A DNA stretch of 63,256 nucleotides, filler included, from Octopus bimaculoides (GCF_001194135.2; 5 parts of 4 records of this genome joined end to end with filler, not necessarily neighbours in it), one strand, 5' to 3'; positions 22,621-36,539 are shown, counted from the first letter of the whole stretch. Notes: generated by a model from the sequence alone, not told the origin. Translations and numbers: made by a program.

Positions 22621-24461
22621 ACATCAACTGTTTTTAGTATAGGTCAAGGCCAAAAATCTATTACATAGGTTAGCCAGTTACAGTTAGCCATTTTAGTACT
22701 GGGGTCAATGTATTCGATTTGTCCCCATTCCCGAAATTTGTGCCAAAATATGAAAGTATAAACTTCAAGGTCAGACATTTTTAGGGCCGGTTAAGTAAGT
22801 CAATTGAAAGACTTCTTTACTTGACAGATGCTTTATTTTATCGGATCCAGAGGGCGTTGAAAAGCTAAGTCAATTTGAACTCAAACGATTCTGCAAATCG
22901 GCGTCCCTTCATTTGAGGGAAGTGTTAGTTGAGTATATTGGCCCCAGTTGAATAGCTGGTACTTTCGTTTTATCGATGGGATTTCAAATCAGAACATAAA
23001 GAACAGTAACTAAATCTCAAATGGCATTTCATCCGATGCTCTACCGACTCTACCAAACCATCTAGTTGATAATTTCTTATTTAGGTAGAAGGGCAGCAAT
23101 AACAATTGAGGGGCGGGGCAGTAGGTGTGTATGATCCCTGTTCTTGTTTGGTACTCTGTTTTATCGACTCCAGAAGGATGAAATGCAATGTTGGACTTGG
23201 GCGGGATTTGAACTTGTAAAGAAATCTAATGATAATGGTATAAATGTTAATGAATCTCCTCCAAGGCAACATAATTCCACAACACATCCAGAATATATTT
23301 ATTCTGCAAGTCGGAAAAAGATTGGCGTCTGTTAATAATGTATGTGTTTGCAAACATCAGTGAATACTTAAGTATGTGTATGTATGTATGTATGTTTGTT
23401 TGTTTGTATGTATGTATGTATGTATGTATGTATGGATGTATGCATGCATGTATGTGCGTGTGATTGTATTGGAGCATATGTGTATGTATGCNNNNNNNNN
23501 NNNNNNNNNNNNNNNNNNNNNNNNNNNNNNNNNNNNNNNNNNNNNNNNNNNNNNNNNNNNNNNNNNNNNNNNNNNNNNNNNNNNNNNNNNNNNNNNNNNN
23601 NNNNNNNNNNNNNNNNNNNNNNNNNNNNNNNNNNNNNNNNNNNNNNNNNNNNNNNNNNNNNNNNNNNNNNNNNNNNNNNNNNNNNNNNNNNNNNNNNNNN
23701 NNNNNNNNNNNNNNNNNNNNNNNNNNNNNNNNNNNNNNNNNNNNNNNNNNNNNNNNNNNNNNNNNNNNNNNNNNNNNNNNNNNNNNNNNNNNNNNNNNNN
23801 NNNNNNNNNNNNNNNNNNNNNNNNNNNNNNNNNNNNNNNNNNNNNNNNNNNNNNNNNNNNNNNNNNNNNNNNNNNNNNNNNNNNNNNNNNNNNNNNNNNN
23901 NNNNNNNNNNNNNNNNNNNNNNNNNNNNNNNNNNNNNNNNNNNNNNNNNNNNNNNNNNNNNNNNNNNNNNNNNNNNNNNNNNNNNNNNNNNNNNNNNNNN
24001 NNNNNNNNNNNNNNNNNNNNNNNNNNNNNNNNNNNNNNNNNNNNNNNNNNNNNNNNNNNNNNNNNNNNNNNNNNNNNNNNNNNNNNNNNNNNNNNNNNNN
24101 NNNNNNNNNNNNNNNNNNNNNNNNNNNNNNNNNNNNNNNNNNNNNNNNNNNNNNNNNNNNNNNNNNNNNNNNNNNNNNNNNNNNNNGTATGTGTATGTAT
24201 GTATGTATGTTTGTTTGTTTGTATGTATGTATGTATGTATGTATGTATGGATGTATGCATGCATGTATGTGCGTGTGATTGTATTGGAGCATATGTGTAT
24301 GTATGCATGTATGTGTGTGTATGTATGTATATATAGGTATGTAAGTGTGTGTGTGTATGTATGTATGTATTTATGTGTGTGTATGTATGTATGTATGTAT
24401 GTATGTATGTATGTATGTATGTATGTATGTGTGTATGTATCTGTGTGTATGTGTGTATGTT

Positions 24462-24494
<33 letters not shown>

Positions 24495-24596
24495 ATGTGT
24501 GTATATACATATATATATGAATAAATATATGTATATGTAGATATATACATACATGTATGTACGTATGTATATATGTTTATATGTATATATATATAA

Positions 24597-24631
<35 letters not shown>

Positions 24632-25355
24632 NNNNNNNNNNNNNNNNNNNNNNNNNNNNNNNNNNNNNNNNNNNNNNNNNNNNNNNNNNNNNNNNNNNNN
24701 NNNNNNNNNNNNNNNNNNNNNNNNNNNNNNNNNNNNNNNNNNNNNNNNNNNNNNNNNNNNNNNNNNNNNNNNNNNNNNNNNNNNNNNNNNNNNNNNNNNN
24801 NNNNNNNNNNNNNNNNNNNNNNNNNNNNNNNNNNNNNNNNNNNNNNNNNNNNNNNNNNNNNNNNNNNNNNNNNNNNNNNNNNNNNNNNNNNNNNNNNNNN
24901 NNNNNNNNNNNNNNNNNNNNNNNNNNNNNNNNNNNNNNNNNNNNNNNNNNNNNNNNNNNNNNNNNNNNNNNNNNNNNNNNNNNNNNNNNNNNNNNNNNNN
25001 NNNNNNNNNNNNNNNNNNNNNNNNNNNNNNNNNNNNNNNNNNNNNNNNNNNNNNNNNNNNNNNNNNNNNNNNNNNNNNNNNNNNNNNNNNNNNNNNNNNN
25101 NNNNNNNNNNNNNNNNNNNNNNNNNNNNNNNNNNNNNNNNNNNNNNNNNNNNNNNNNNNNNNNNNNNNNNNNNNNNNNNNNNNNNNNNNNNNNNNNNNNN
25201 NNNNNNNNNNNNNNNNNNNNNNNNNNNNNTGATGATGATGATGATGGTGATGGTGATGATGGTGATGATAATGATGATGATGATGATGATGATGGTGATG
25301 GTGGTGGTAATAATAATGATAATAATAGCAGCAACGATAATTAAAAACAATTACA

Positions 25356-25454
<99 letters not shown>

Positions 25455-25790
25455 GTATGTAGGATTAGCCTTGGCATTAACTGTAGAACTCGAAATCTAG
25501 TTTACAGTATAAGATGCATAGATGGTGCTTGTAAAGACATGAACATGAAGTACATAGGGGAGACATCTAGGAGCATTGCGGAACGACTAAATGACCATCT
25601 GAGACAATATGACAACAAAAAACAGTCTTCCATACTCTACCAACATGCCAATGACCACCATGGAGGTAACTTGGGTCAACTTGACATCCGCATCTTATCC
25701 AAGCACCCAAAAGACCCAACACTCAGACAAATACGGGAGTACGTCTTTATAAATGAATCTTCCCCAATACTAAGTAGAAAATATACGAAG
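25455..25790 (+). mobile_element. Penelope-like GIY-YIG endonuclease fragment
   Basis: CRTRNLVYSIRCIDGACKDMNMKYIGETSRSIAERLNDH...LYQHANDHH...RQIREYVFI: VY/YIG motif with CxxxxC insert, R and E catalytic residues. Confidence 0.85.
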
Positions 25791-26359
25791 CAGATATCAT
25801 ACCCCCATACCCACAGTTTACACAAGTAGAGTAGAATAGTTAGTGGGCTGTTATGTAGATGTATGTATGTGCGTGTGTGGGTATATATGTGCATATGCAC
25901 ATGTATGTAAGCATATGGATATGAAAATGCAGACGGATAGGTACATAGGATATATGAACAGACAAGCAGACATACGCAAATGGAGACTGAAACACATGAC
26001 CATATATACACACACACTACTTCACACACGGACACGTATGGAGACACGTGTCCACACATATGGAGACGCAGATCCATACATACAAACATGGTATATAGTT
26101 GCAAAACACATACACACACAGACATGCACACACAAGGAGACAGAGGTGCAAACATATACAAACACACGCTTACACACACACATACATAAAAATACACAAA
26201 CATGGACATGCAAGCACATGAATATGCAGAATACATACATACAGATGCACACACACACATACATATATATACATATGCATACACACACATGCATGCATAC
26301 ATACATACATACATGCATGCATGCATAGGCACATGCATAGGCACATGCATAGGATAAAA

Positions 26360-28577
26360 TACTAAGATTTGTTTTGACTGAATATACCTATAGTTTTTAA
26401 ATAGAAAGTGGCATATTCCCTAATGAGCAAAAAGGATGTAAACGTGGGTCCTATGGTTGTAAAGATCAGCTACTCATAAATAAGATTATCTTGGAAAATT
26501 GTCACAAACGACACAAAAACTTGTCGATAGCCTGGGTAGACTATAAAAATGCTTTTCATAGTCTACCACATAGTTGGATTAAGAAATGCCTGGAAATGTA
26601 TAAAATAGCACCTTCTCTGCGAAACTTCTTGTCTCTAAGTATGAGATCACGGAGAACCACACTGACTTTGAACAGTGACAATGAATCTCTTAATGCTGGA
26701 GATGTAAGGATTTCATTTGGCATTTTCCAGGGTGACTCACAATCACCTCCCTCGTTTGTCTAGCTTTAATGCCTCTCTCGAAATTGCTCGATGATGTACA
26801 ATATGGCTATAAAATGTTTGATAAAAATATAAATCATCTCATTTACACGGATGATTTAAAGCTCTTTGCAAAAAATGACCAACAACTACAGGGCTTACTA
26901 GTGATTGTTAAACAATGCAGTGATAACATCAGGATGCAATTTGGCCTCGATAAATGTGCAAAAGCTACCTTTATCAAAGGAAAATGACAGAAACATGCAA
27001 CTTTAACCTTGACCAGCAGAATGTCATAAAAGAGTTAGAACCAGCGGAGAGCTACAAATACCTAGGGGCATTTGAAAGTGATGGAATCAAACATTCAATG
27101 ATGAGGGAAAGGATCAGAATAGAATGTCATCGCAGGGTAAGGGCAATACTGAAGACAGAGCTGAATGCAAGAAACAGGATCGAAGCGATCAATACTTTAG
27201 CCATACCGGTCGTGACTTACAGTTTCGATATAATTATCTAGTCAATTACTGAAATATGTAAATCTTGACAGAAAAATATGAAAATTTTTGACAATGCATA
27301 GAATACATCACCCTAAAGCAGATACAGAACGACTTTACCTGCCAAGAAAAGAGTGAGGCCGTGGACTTTTACAACTGGAATTAATAATGAAGATTGCCAC
27401 AATTGGCCTAAATATATATCTGAAAAACTCTGTTGACTGGATGTTAAAACTTGTCTTAAAGCATGAAAACAAGAAAACATCATACTCAGTAACAAAACAG
27501 GCAAAGGAATATCTAAGTGAATTCCAAATACAACAAATTCCAGAATTAGACGTACTAGAAACAAACGCAGTAAGAGCTAAACGTATGAAAACCCGTGCTA
27601 AAATGGCTGCCTTAGATATTCTTACTGATAAATGGCAAGAATAACCAACCTCTCAGTGGTAAATACCTAAAGAGAGCTAATAATGTCGATGTTGACAAAG
27701 CCCTTACCCATCAATGGTTAGTGTCTTCTGGCTTAAAATCAGAAACAGAAGGGTTCATCATAGCAGCCCAAGATCAATGCCTACCTACATGGAACTACCA
27801 GGNNNNNNNNNNAGGGTTCATCATAGCAGCCCAAGATCAATGCCTACCTACATGGAACTACCAGGCCAACATATTAAAGAACGGCAGTAGCCCAACATGT
27901 CGTGTATGTAAACAACAAAATGAAACCATTGAACAGGTTGTCTCCATGGGCAGTCTTCTTGCTCCTACAGAGTATCTCAACAGGCATGATGGAGCAGCAC
28001 AGTATACTCACTGGGTAATTTGCAAAGACTTGGATCTGCCCCATGATAAAAACTGGTGGGAACACAAACCACCTCCAGTGCTTGAAAATGATTACATCTT
28101 ACTCCTCTGGAACTTCACCGTTCAAACTGACAGAAAGATAGATCCGAATATGCCAGACATTATATCGAAGAACTTCAGACAAAAATCATGCCTCCTCATT
28201 GATATGACTGTCCCAAGCGATATAAATGTATCTGACGAGACCTACCAAAAACTGAGCAAGTATAAAGATCTTGAAATAGAAATTAGCAAAATGTGGAATC
28301 TCAAGACTAAAACAATATCTGTTGTCATAGGTGCCCTAGGAATGATAGCAAAAGGGGCCGATTGCTACCTAGCTCAGATACAAGGAAACCTCAAAATGGC
28401 AGAAGTTCAAAAGATAGTGCTCATGGGAACTGCCCATATTCTACGTAAAATACTTTCTATGTAATCTCAAATTTTAAAACAAACTTATAATTTTCTTGTT
28501 TTCTTAAACATTCTCTAGAACAACACTATGTACAAAACCAAATATATGGCACCCTAGGCATAAAACCAACATGAACT
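26360..28577 (+). mobile_element. R4/Dong-clade RLE retrotransposon, 5'-truncated and decayed (RT, CCHC, RLE, 3' UTR)
   Basis: [119 protein letters not shown]; several stops and frameshifts. Confidence 0.9.
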
Positions 28578-29233
28578 NNNNNNNNNNNNNNNNNNNNNNN
28601 NNNNNNNNNNNNNNNNNNNNNNNNNNNNNNNNNNNNNNNNNNNNNNNNNNNNNNNNNNNNNNNNNNNNNNNNNNNNNNNNNNNNNNNNNNNNNNNNNNNN
28701 NNNNNNNNNNNNNNNNNNNNNNNNNNNNNNNNNNNNNNNNNNNNNNNNNNNNNNNNNNNNNNNNNNNNNNNNNNNNNNNNNNNNNNNNNNNNNNNNNNNN
28801 NNNNNNNNNNNNNNNNNNNNNNNNNNNNNNNNNNNNNNNNNNNNNNNNNNNNNNNNNNNNNNNNNNNNNNNNNNNNNNNNNNNNNNNNNNNNNNNNNNNN
28901 NNNNNNNNNNNNNNNNNNNNNNNNNNNNNNNNNNNNNNNNNNNNNNNNNNNNNNNNNNNNNNNNNNNNNNNNNNNNNNNNNNNNNNNNNNNNNNNNNNNN
29001 NNNNNNNNNNNNNNNNNNNNNNNNNNNNNNNNNNNNNNNNNNNNNNNNNNNNNNNNNNNNNNNNNNNNNNNNNNNNNNNNNNNNNNNNNNNNNNNNNNNN
29101 NNNNNNNNNNNNNNNNNNNNNNNNNNNNNNNNNNNNNNNNNNNNNNNNNNNNNNNNNNNNNNNNNNNNNNNNNNNNNNNNNNNNNNNNNNNNNNNNNNNN
29201 NNNNNNNNNNNNNNNNNNNNNNNNNNNNNNNNN

Positions 29234-29476
29234 CTATCATAGTAGGTGCCTTAGGTATAATAAAAAAATATTCAGACAAATACATAACAAAAACACCAGG
29301 ACTTACAAATATATATAACATACAGAAAATTGCACTACTGGGTACTGCACATATTCTACGCAAAACACTTTCAATACAGTAAACATAAGAGCACCACAGC
29401 AAACCACAGCACATACCCAAGGCGCACAGAGCTGCGCTCGGTAGTGAAGTGAAAGTACGTTATAAAAATAAAACTA

Positions 29477-29510
<34 letters not shown>
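29234..29510 (+). mobile_element. Young R4/Dong-type element 3' end, copy 3
   Basis: Matches copy 2 except for one visible UTR substitution (agtacg vs agcacg); followed by (AAT)n. Confidence 0.8.
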
Positions 29511-29513
<3 letters not shown>

Positions 29514-29519
29514 GTAGTA

Positions 29520-29645
29520 GGTGCAGGAGCGGATGTGTGGTAAGTAGCTTGCCTACCAATCACATGGTTCCGGGTTCAAACCCCACTGCGTAGCGCCTTC
29601 GGTAAGTGTTTTCTTCTATAGCCTCCGGCCGACCAAAGCCTGCTC
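29520..29645 (+). mobile_element. SINE family B 5' part
   Basis: gtgtggtaagtagcttgcc..ggttccgggttcaaacccc..aagtgttttcttctatagcctccggccgaccaaagcc. Confidence 0.7.
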
Positions 29646-29709
29646 TCACAAACGAGAATACTAAAAACGTACTCGACCACTCCATGAAATTAAGTAAAAA
29701 AAAAAATAG

Positions 29710-29830
29710 GAAAAATAATCCAGAATCGTTGTCCGGTACCGGATCGATCCAAAAATCTTGAGATATTTTGTCCACGGACAAACAAACACTACTGAAACCA
29801 ATAACTCAGCCTTTGCTAAGGCGGAGGTAA
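29710..29830 (+). mobile_element. 3' end of a non-autonomous Helitron/Helentron-like (HINE-type) element
   Basis: ggacaaacaaac microsatellite seed followed by a terminal GC hairpin ctcagcctt-tgct-aaggcggag (29805-29826) and GTAA. Confidence 0.5.
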
Positions 29831-30714
29831 TAATAATATCAATAATAATGATAAGAATAACAGATATCATGTGAAGTAGCGGGATGAGAAGAAGAAGAAG
29901 AAGAAGAAGAAGAAGAAGAAAATATACACCAAGAAGATAAATACAGCCATATTTTAAACATAACAAGATAGAGAGTTCTAGAAGTGAATGAGACCAGCTT
30001 TAAATGAAGAACGAAGATGATTGGTGGATTGGATGACCACAATTAATAAGGCAAAAATATTATGCCAAGAAAATCGCACTCAGAAATAGAAATGAACAAA
30101 TTATAGTAGAAGCGAAAACGTTTTTTTCTTTACCGAATCGAAGAACTTACGCTACAGTAAATATGGCGTAAATAACAACATGGCGATGACGAAGAGAAGG
30201 ATGGAGATAAATTGATAAAAGTGTTTCTATGTTGAAAAACTGAAACGTTAAATGTAAATATGTGTCTTAATCAGTAAGATGTGAACCAACTGTTGCACCA
30301 ATGGAAATCGAAAAGAAACATTTGCGCATACGCACACACAAACATACGCGGGTGCACAAACACACACGCACACACACAGAAAAGCGGGCACATGCAAAGT
30401 CTCACACATATATAGATATTACATATATATTAAACCTATATATATGTATATATATATATATATATATATAGATATATATATATACATATTTATTCACACA
30501 TATGTCTGCATATATACATATGTGTACACACATGTATATATGTTTGTGTGTGTATACGTATATATTTTACACATCATATGCTTAAATATACAGATATAGG
30601 CAAATATACACATATGAATGTATATAAATATATATATGTAAACAGATATATACGTAAATAGATACACACATGTACACACACACACACACGTATATTTACA
30701 TATATATGTATAAG

Positions 30715-30750
<36 letters not shown>

Positions 30751-31564
30751 TACACACATTCATATATATGTGATTACATATATATATATATACATATACA
30801 CACATATATGCATATATATGTGTTTACACACACACACATATATATGTATATGAGTACATATACGTACAAATGTACATATACATTCCCGCATTTATATGTG
30901 CGTGTATATGTGTGCGCATGGGTATACGTATACACATCACATTGCAACTAGAGTGAGAAAGAAAAAAGAAAAATAGTGCAAATTGTATAACTCCACAGAA
31001 ATAGTAAAAGAAAACAAAACATAAACAACAAATAGAATACAAAATATATATCCAATGCATAGAGTATTAGAAGATAAAGAAATAAGAATTAAAAAAAATG
31101 GAGAACTTTATACGCAAACTAATGAATGTTGATATCACAAGATATAATTTGATAGCTGAGCTGTAAAAAATATAGTGAAATGAGAAATTTCATGTCTTTC
31201 CCAAAAGTATGCATCAAAAAGTGGATAAGATATGAAAAACTGACTGCATCGAGCAGACTTACTTAGATGTGCTTGATGACAAAGAGACCGTAACCTGGGA
31301 TATGTCAAATACACAGACAAAATGATTAAGGCTAATTGGAGGACATTGTTATTCGAAGACACAACCAATATATATATATATATATATATAAACACATACA
31401 TAGACTTGGTAGAATAAACAAGAAGAATGGAACTGAAAACATGGGTTTATATAAATTTTATTTTCAACCAACAGAAGTTACAACATGACTAAATAATCGA
31501 GAGTTTTGTGTATGGGCTACTTTGAAATTTCTGTTTATAGTATGTATGTGTGTATGTATGTATG

Positions 31565-31598
<34 letters not shown>

Positions 31599-32254
31599 TG
31601 TATGTATGTATGTATGCGTGTGTGTGTATGTATGTATATATATATACATGTGTGTATATATATATGAATATATATATATATGTAGATATGTACATATATA
31701 ATATATAAATACGTATGCATAGCTATGTATGTATCTTTATATATATTTATATGTGTGTGTGTATGAGTATATGTATATGTACATTTGTAAATGGAGAAAC
31801 CTTTTCTATATAAGTATCTGAAAAATAAAGTAAATCAGATTGTAAAAACAGCATTTGCACACGTGACGCTGATTGTTGCTAATATAATAGAACACAAGAA
31901 ATTAATACAATAACTTCGCATGTAGCCGATGCCAACCCAGCTGGGCTTGGTAGTGCAATGAAAACCCGCAATAAAAATAAAACTGGCGAATAATAATTGC
32001 CTCTATTAAAGGTATTAGGACTGAAAAATGGTGATGTTGGCTGCGGTGGAATAAGTCAAAACAATACTTCCATTCTTGGAGGATAAAAAGGTAAAAATGA
32101 TCAAAGAGGGATTTGAACTCGGAACGTAAAGTGCCGTCACAAAAGCACACATAGAATATTTGTTTCACGTTGTAACGCACTTGCCATCTAACTGCCAGCT
32201 CGTCGGCGTAACCGTTCTATTAATAATGATTTCAAAGTCTCTCTCAAAGTCGGT

Positions 32255-32662
32255 AATTTCAGGGACAGGGTTAGCCGATTAGATCAACACCAATGGTCAG
32301 CTGGTACTTATTTTATCGATCGCAAAAAGATGACAGGCAAAGTCGACGTCAGCGGTATTTGAACGTAAAGCCGGAAGAAAATACTGTTGAGTATTTTGTC
32401 CGACACGATAAAAATTCTCCCGGTTCGCACCATTGACCGTTCTGATGGTAATATTTAATCTATCTATTAAAGGCACAATAATTTTGAGGGGAGGAGTTTT
32501 GTCAAATCCATCGTCCCCAGCACTTGATTGGTACTTTATTTTAACGACCCAAAAGGGCAAAAAGCAAAGTTGGCCTCGGTGGAATTTGAGCCCAAAACGT
32601 AAAGAACCGGAACAAAATAGTGCCAAGCATTTGTCCCGACGCTCTGACGATTCTGCCAGCTT
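32255..32662 (-). mobile_element. Two tandem degenerate SINE family A copies
   Basis: Two successive reverse-complement copies of the central domain and head (32255-32440, 32465-32662). Confidence 0.65.
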
Positions 32663-33137
32663 TTCACTTTAATGAATATAAGAATTGCTTCTAAAAGAGG
32701 CTCAAAGTCATGAATTGAGAAGGAGTTATGATTCTTTTTATATGACCAAAGAATGTGACTGGTATTTCATTTCATCGAGGATCGAAGGCCAAGTTGACCT
32801 GCGCAGGTTTGAAAGGATTCTTGCATAGGCACAAAGGGATTAATGAGATCGTGTGACGCTCATGCCTTTCTTAAGAGACTCAGAGGCAAAATATAAAAGT
32901 TCCGGCTTAACTGGAATTTGAAACCGGTTCCTGTACTTAAATGGGTGATAGCTAGGAGCATTTGAAACAATAAAACACAATAACAACAAAACAAAAGCAA
33001 CAATAGAAGAGATAATTATGAAATATAAACAGCAATTACGACAACAACAGCCACAATAAAGATGAATATGGCGAATGTCACGAGATTGAATGAAGACAAG
33101 CTTTTAGTCATTGTGGGAGTCAATGTTGTGTGTTTTT

Positions 33138-33143
33138 TTTATT
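33138..33143 (-). terminator. Candidate polyadenylation signal of caveolin
   Basis: AATAAA on the minus strand about 225 nt after the caveolin stop codon. Confidence 0.4.
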
Positions 33144-33368
33144 GCAAACATCAACTGAAAAGGATGGACAGCAGGGAAATGAGTGTGGTTAACAAACATC
33201 ATTCTTTAATTGCGTTCCGTTCGTATTTTTCTTCAAATTCATTCACATTCAGTCGGTTTTCACATCAACTACGGTTTTTCTTTCAGTTTCTATGATTTCT
33301 TCTGTACGCGGAATGTCAATCACGCTCTCTGCATTAACGGCGGCCATTCTTTGGCCGCTCCACTTATG

Positions 33369-33632
33369 TCATTCACCCGCGAGAGCCATCTTTACGGAGG
33401 TGATGCAATCGCTGAGAGTGACGAACAGTGGCCGGAAGACAACTTCGAGTATCATGTCCCATACTTGTCTGATGAGGTGACATTCTATGGCCAGGCACCG
33501 TACCAGCGGGTTCACTACCCACACGTTACAAAAACTCATGCAAGCGAAATTGATACCACACAACACAGCCATCGGCAGTGCCAGAGCTGTAGACGTAATT
33601 CGATAGCACCAGATTTTGGTTACATTGAATAC
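33369..33632 (-). CDS. CAV: Caveolin, last coding exon (intramembrane and C-terminal domain)
   Basis: Acceptor ttttttttcttttctctAG at 33634-33633, phase 0. VFNVTKIWCYRITSTALALPMAVLCGINFACMSFCNVWVVNPLVRCLAIECHLIRQVWDMILEVVFRPLFVTLSDCITSVKMALAGE* aligns with CAV1 [37 protein letters not shown]..DPLF. Confidence 0.92.
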   Translation of the reverse strand, partial: VFNVTKIWCYRITSTALALPMAVLCGINFACMSFCNVWVVNPLVRCLAIECHLIRQVWDMILEVVFRPLFVTLSDCITSVKMALAGE

Positions 33633-33743
33633 CTAGAGAAAAGAAAAAAAACAGAAGTGTTAGTATACTATGTGTAGATATGAATGCACACACATACACA
33701 CATACAAACACACACAGACACATACACACACACATGTTAAATA

Positions 33744-34100
33744 AAATAAAGTAACAAGGCCAATGCAGTTTGATATTTCTAGGACATTTATAAATAGAAA
33801 GGTGGTCTTACAACTGTTTCAGGGAAATAAATGATATTTCATCATCAGAGACGAGTTAAAAGAGCTTCAGTAGAAGGATATAGCAGAATTCATATATTTA
33901 GAAGTTATTCTGGAGAAGGAGAGATATACAATAAAATAACCTCTTAAAGAATGAAATCTACTAATTCTTTCTACTGAAGCTCTTTTAACTCGTCTCTGCT
34001 GATGAAATATCATTTATTTCCCTGAAACAGCTGTCAGACCAACTTTCTATTTATAAATGTCCTAACAATATCAAATTGCCTTGGCCTTGTTATCTTATTT
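33744..34100. mobile_element. MITE with about 135-bp terminal inverted repeats
   Basis: Arms 33744-33878 and 33966-34100, about 11 mismatches, with an AT-rich spacer of about 90 bp. Confidence 0.85.
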
Positions 34101-34240
34101 TCTTTGACATATACACGCTCACACACGACCTGCCTCGGACTCCTCACTCATACTATTACTGAACCACGAACTTAACAACGAATCTTCCGTAGCACTTACT
34201 TAGCCTTACTTGCCTTTTGGGTTATCTGGATATCAAAACA

Positions 34241-34288
<48 letters not shown>

Positions 34289-34363
34289 GTGTGTGTGTAT
34301 GTATGTGTGCGTGTGTGCGTGTGTGTGTGAATGCGTGTGTGTATATATATGTATGCATGTATG

Positions 34364-34403
<40 letters not shown>

Positions 34404-34689
34404 CATGTGTATGAGTGCATGTATATCTTATTTATATGTGAATTAACGATGCTACTATTGGTTTCATGCGGATAAACTTGCAATTTTCAACCGTTCCACT
34501 TAAAGTGTTGATAATCCGTCTTCCTGCTGGATAAAGCTCTGTCATATTACACTGGACTTTACGGGATTTTAAACGATATTTTATGTAAGCACACACACAC
34601 ACACACACACACACACGTATGCATGCTATATAGATATTTACACATATACATATATAAAAAACATATATGCTTCTTTTATCTTTTATTTA

Positions 34690-34890
34690 TTTCAATCATT
34701 AGACTGTGGCCATGCTGGGGCATCACCTTGAAATGTTTTAGTCGAACGAATCTACCCCAACACTCATTTTTGAAAATCGGGTACTTATTCTATCGGATCC
34801 TTTTGCCGAAGTGCTAAGTTACCAGGAAGTAAATAAAAACAACACTGGTTTTCAAGCGATGGCGGGGTATAAGCTCAAACACAAAGACGG
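34690..34890 (-). mobile_element. SINE family B 3' half
   Basis: Reverse complement of the 2440-2620 segment (gccatgctgg..gtacttattctatcgg..ttttgccgaa..gctaagttac). Confidence 0.7.
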
Positions 34891-35610
34891 ATACACACAC
34901 AAATGCACACACACGCACACACAGAGACATGCTCAAGTGTGTGCAGAATCTGTACAGTCAAGAAAGGTTCGTGTGATGTTCGATAATCTCGAGTATGCAG
35001 TGAAAGAAAGTTTAGCAATAATATTGCATTGCAATTTATTGAAGAGCAAAACGAAGAGACAGAAAGGACAGAAAGAAAGAAAGGACAGAAAGAAAGAAAG
35101 GAAAAGGACAACGGCGACAGGAAAGAGAACGAATGAAGCAATTTTGGAGATTCTGAGATTTTACGACGGGAGAAAGTGATATCAAGTTTATGTTTAGCGC
35201 AGAGATATTCGAAAGGTTTACACTTCAAAATGGTTGACATTAATGTGGAGAGCAGATGAGCACTGAGTTCACCCGCTTCTGAAGCACTATATCGTATATT
35301 ATCGAATACAAATAGAATAGATTTCACTTTGCCAGTTTCCCTGTTCTTAATTGCCTTATAGATGTGTTCGTTTTCATAAAATGCCTTATGTTCATAGCAT
35401 ACAGATCATAAAAACTCATTTCAAGAGGTTTAGTATTTCAATTGTCAGTTTCATGTTATTGTTAACGACATCCTTTCAATGGCAAAGAGATCCAACACTT
35501 CTTTTGCTCAAGCACTAGCCGTAATAAATAACAGTACTTTTGTTATCAACATTATCTGCCGCCCCAACGCTATGGTCGGCCCAGTACAGTGTGCATTTCG
35601 TATTTGCATA

Positions 35611-36483
35611 TAGGAGGTGGTTTCAAAGAGTTCCCGGACAAGTTATGCTTAATACAAAATAACTTATTTCTCTAAATTTTAACATTGCCTCCTTCAAAAT
35701 GGTCATCTTGCGCAGCAGTACACCGGTGCCAGCGTTCCTACCACTTTTGGAATCCGGCCCGGAAGTCATCTTTCGTAAGCGAGTCGAAGACTTACTGCGA
35801 TTCGCTCTAGATCTCAACAACGGTGTTAAAACGGCGACCTTTGAACTGCATTTTCCTCTTGGGGAAAAAACTGGAAGTCTGCAGGTGCTAAATCTGGCGA
35901 ATAGGGTGGGTGCGGAAGTGATACTATTTTGTTTTTGGCGAGGAACTCACGAGTGAGAAGAGCCTGGTGACAGGGTGCATTGTAGTTGTGAAGAATCCAA
36001 TTTTTTACGCTCCACAGATCCGGTCGCTTTCGCCGAATGCCCTCACTGAAACGCTTTAAAACGTCGCAGCCGAACCCTCCGTCGACGATCAGGCCCTGGG
36101 AAACGAATTCTCGATGCACAATACTCGGATGTCGAAACCACTATGAGTATGCTCTTAATTGCGCTGCAGCTCTGTCGTGCGCCTGTTCCATTCCAAACAT
36201 TACATACGACCCATTGCCTGGTCACCGTAAGCTTGCCGAAGCATGCTTAATGTCGATCTCGCAGACTTCCAAACTTTAAAGCAAAATTTCACGCTGGCTT
36301 TTCGTGTCCATAACAAAATTGCAGACTACGGTAATACACGTGACCACAAAAACACAAACTTCACAAGTTGTGAAGTAAACATAGCGATATCACTCGGCTC
36401 ACTGCTTCATAAAGGTCACTGTGCACGCAATCGTGTTGGTGCACTACAGAATTAGTCCGGAAAATGTTTGATATCGCCTCGTA
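35611..36483 (-). mobile_element. Internally deleted mariner (DD34D) transposon with both TIRs and TA target duplication
   Basis: TIRs taggaggtggtttcaaagagttcccggac and rc tacgaggcgatatcaaacattttccggac, each flanked by TA; ORF relic WILHNYNAPCH..LPHPPYSPDLAPADF. Confidence 0.85.
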
Positions 36484-36539
36484 TACACCGGCCACCACTC
36501 ATTTTTAACACCCCCAACAGTATAGCATTCCCACCTTGC

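Noticed and set aside
33210-33677. 155-aa plus-strand ORF
   Set aside because: Antisense shadow of the caveolin last exon.
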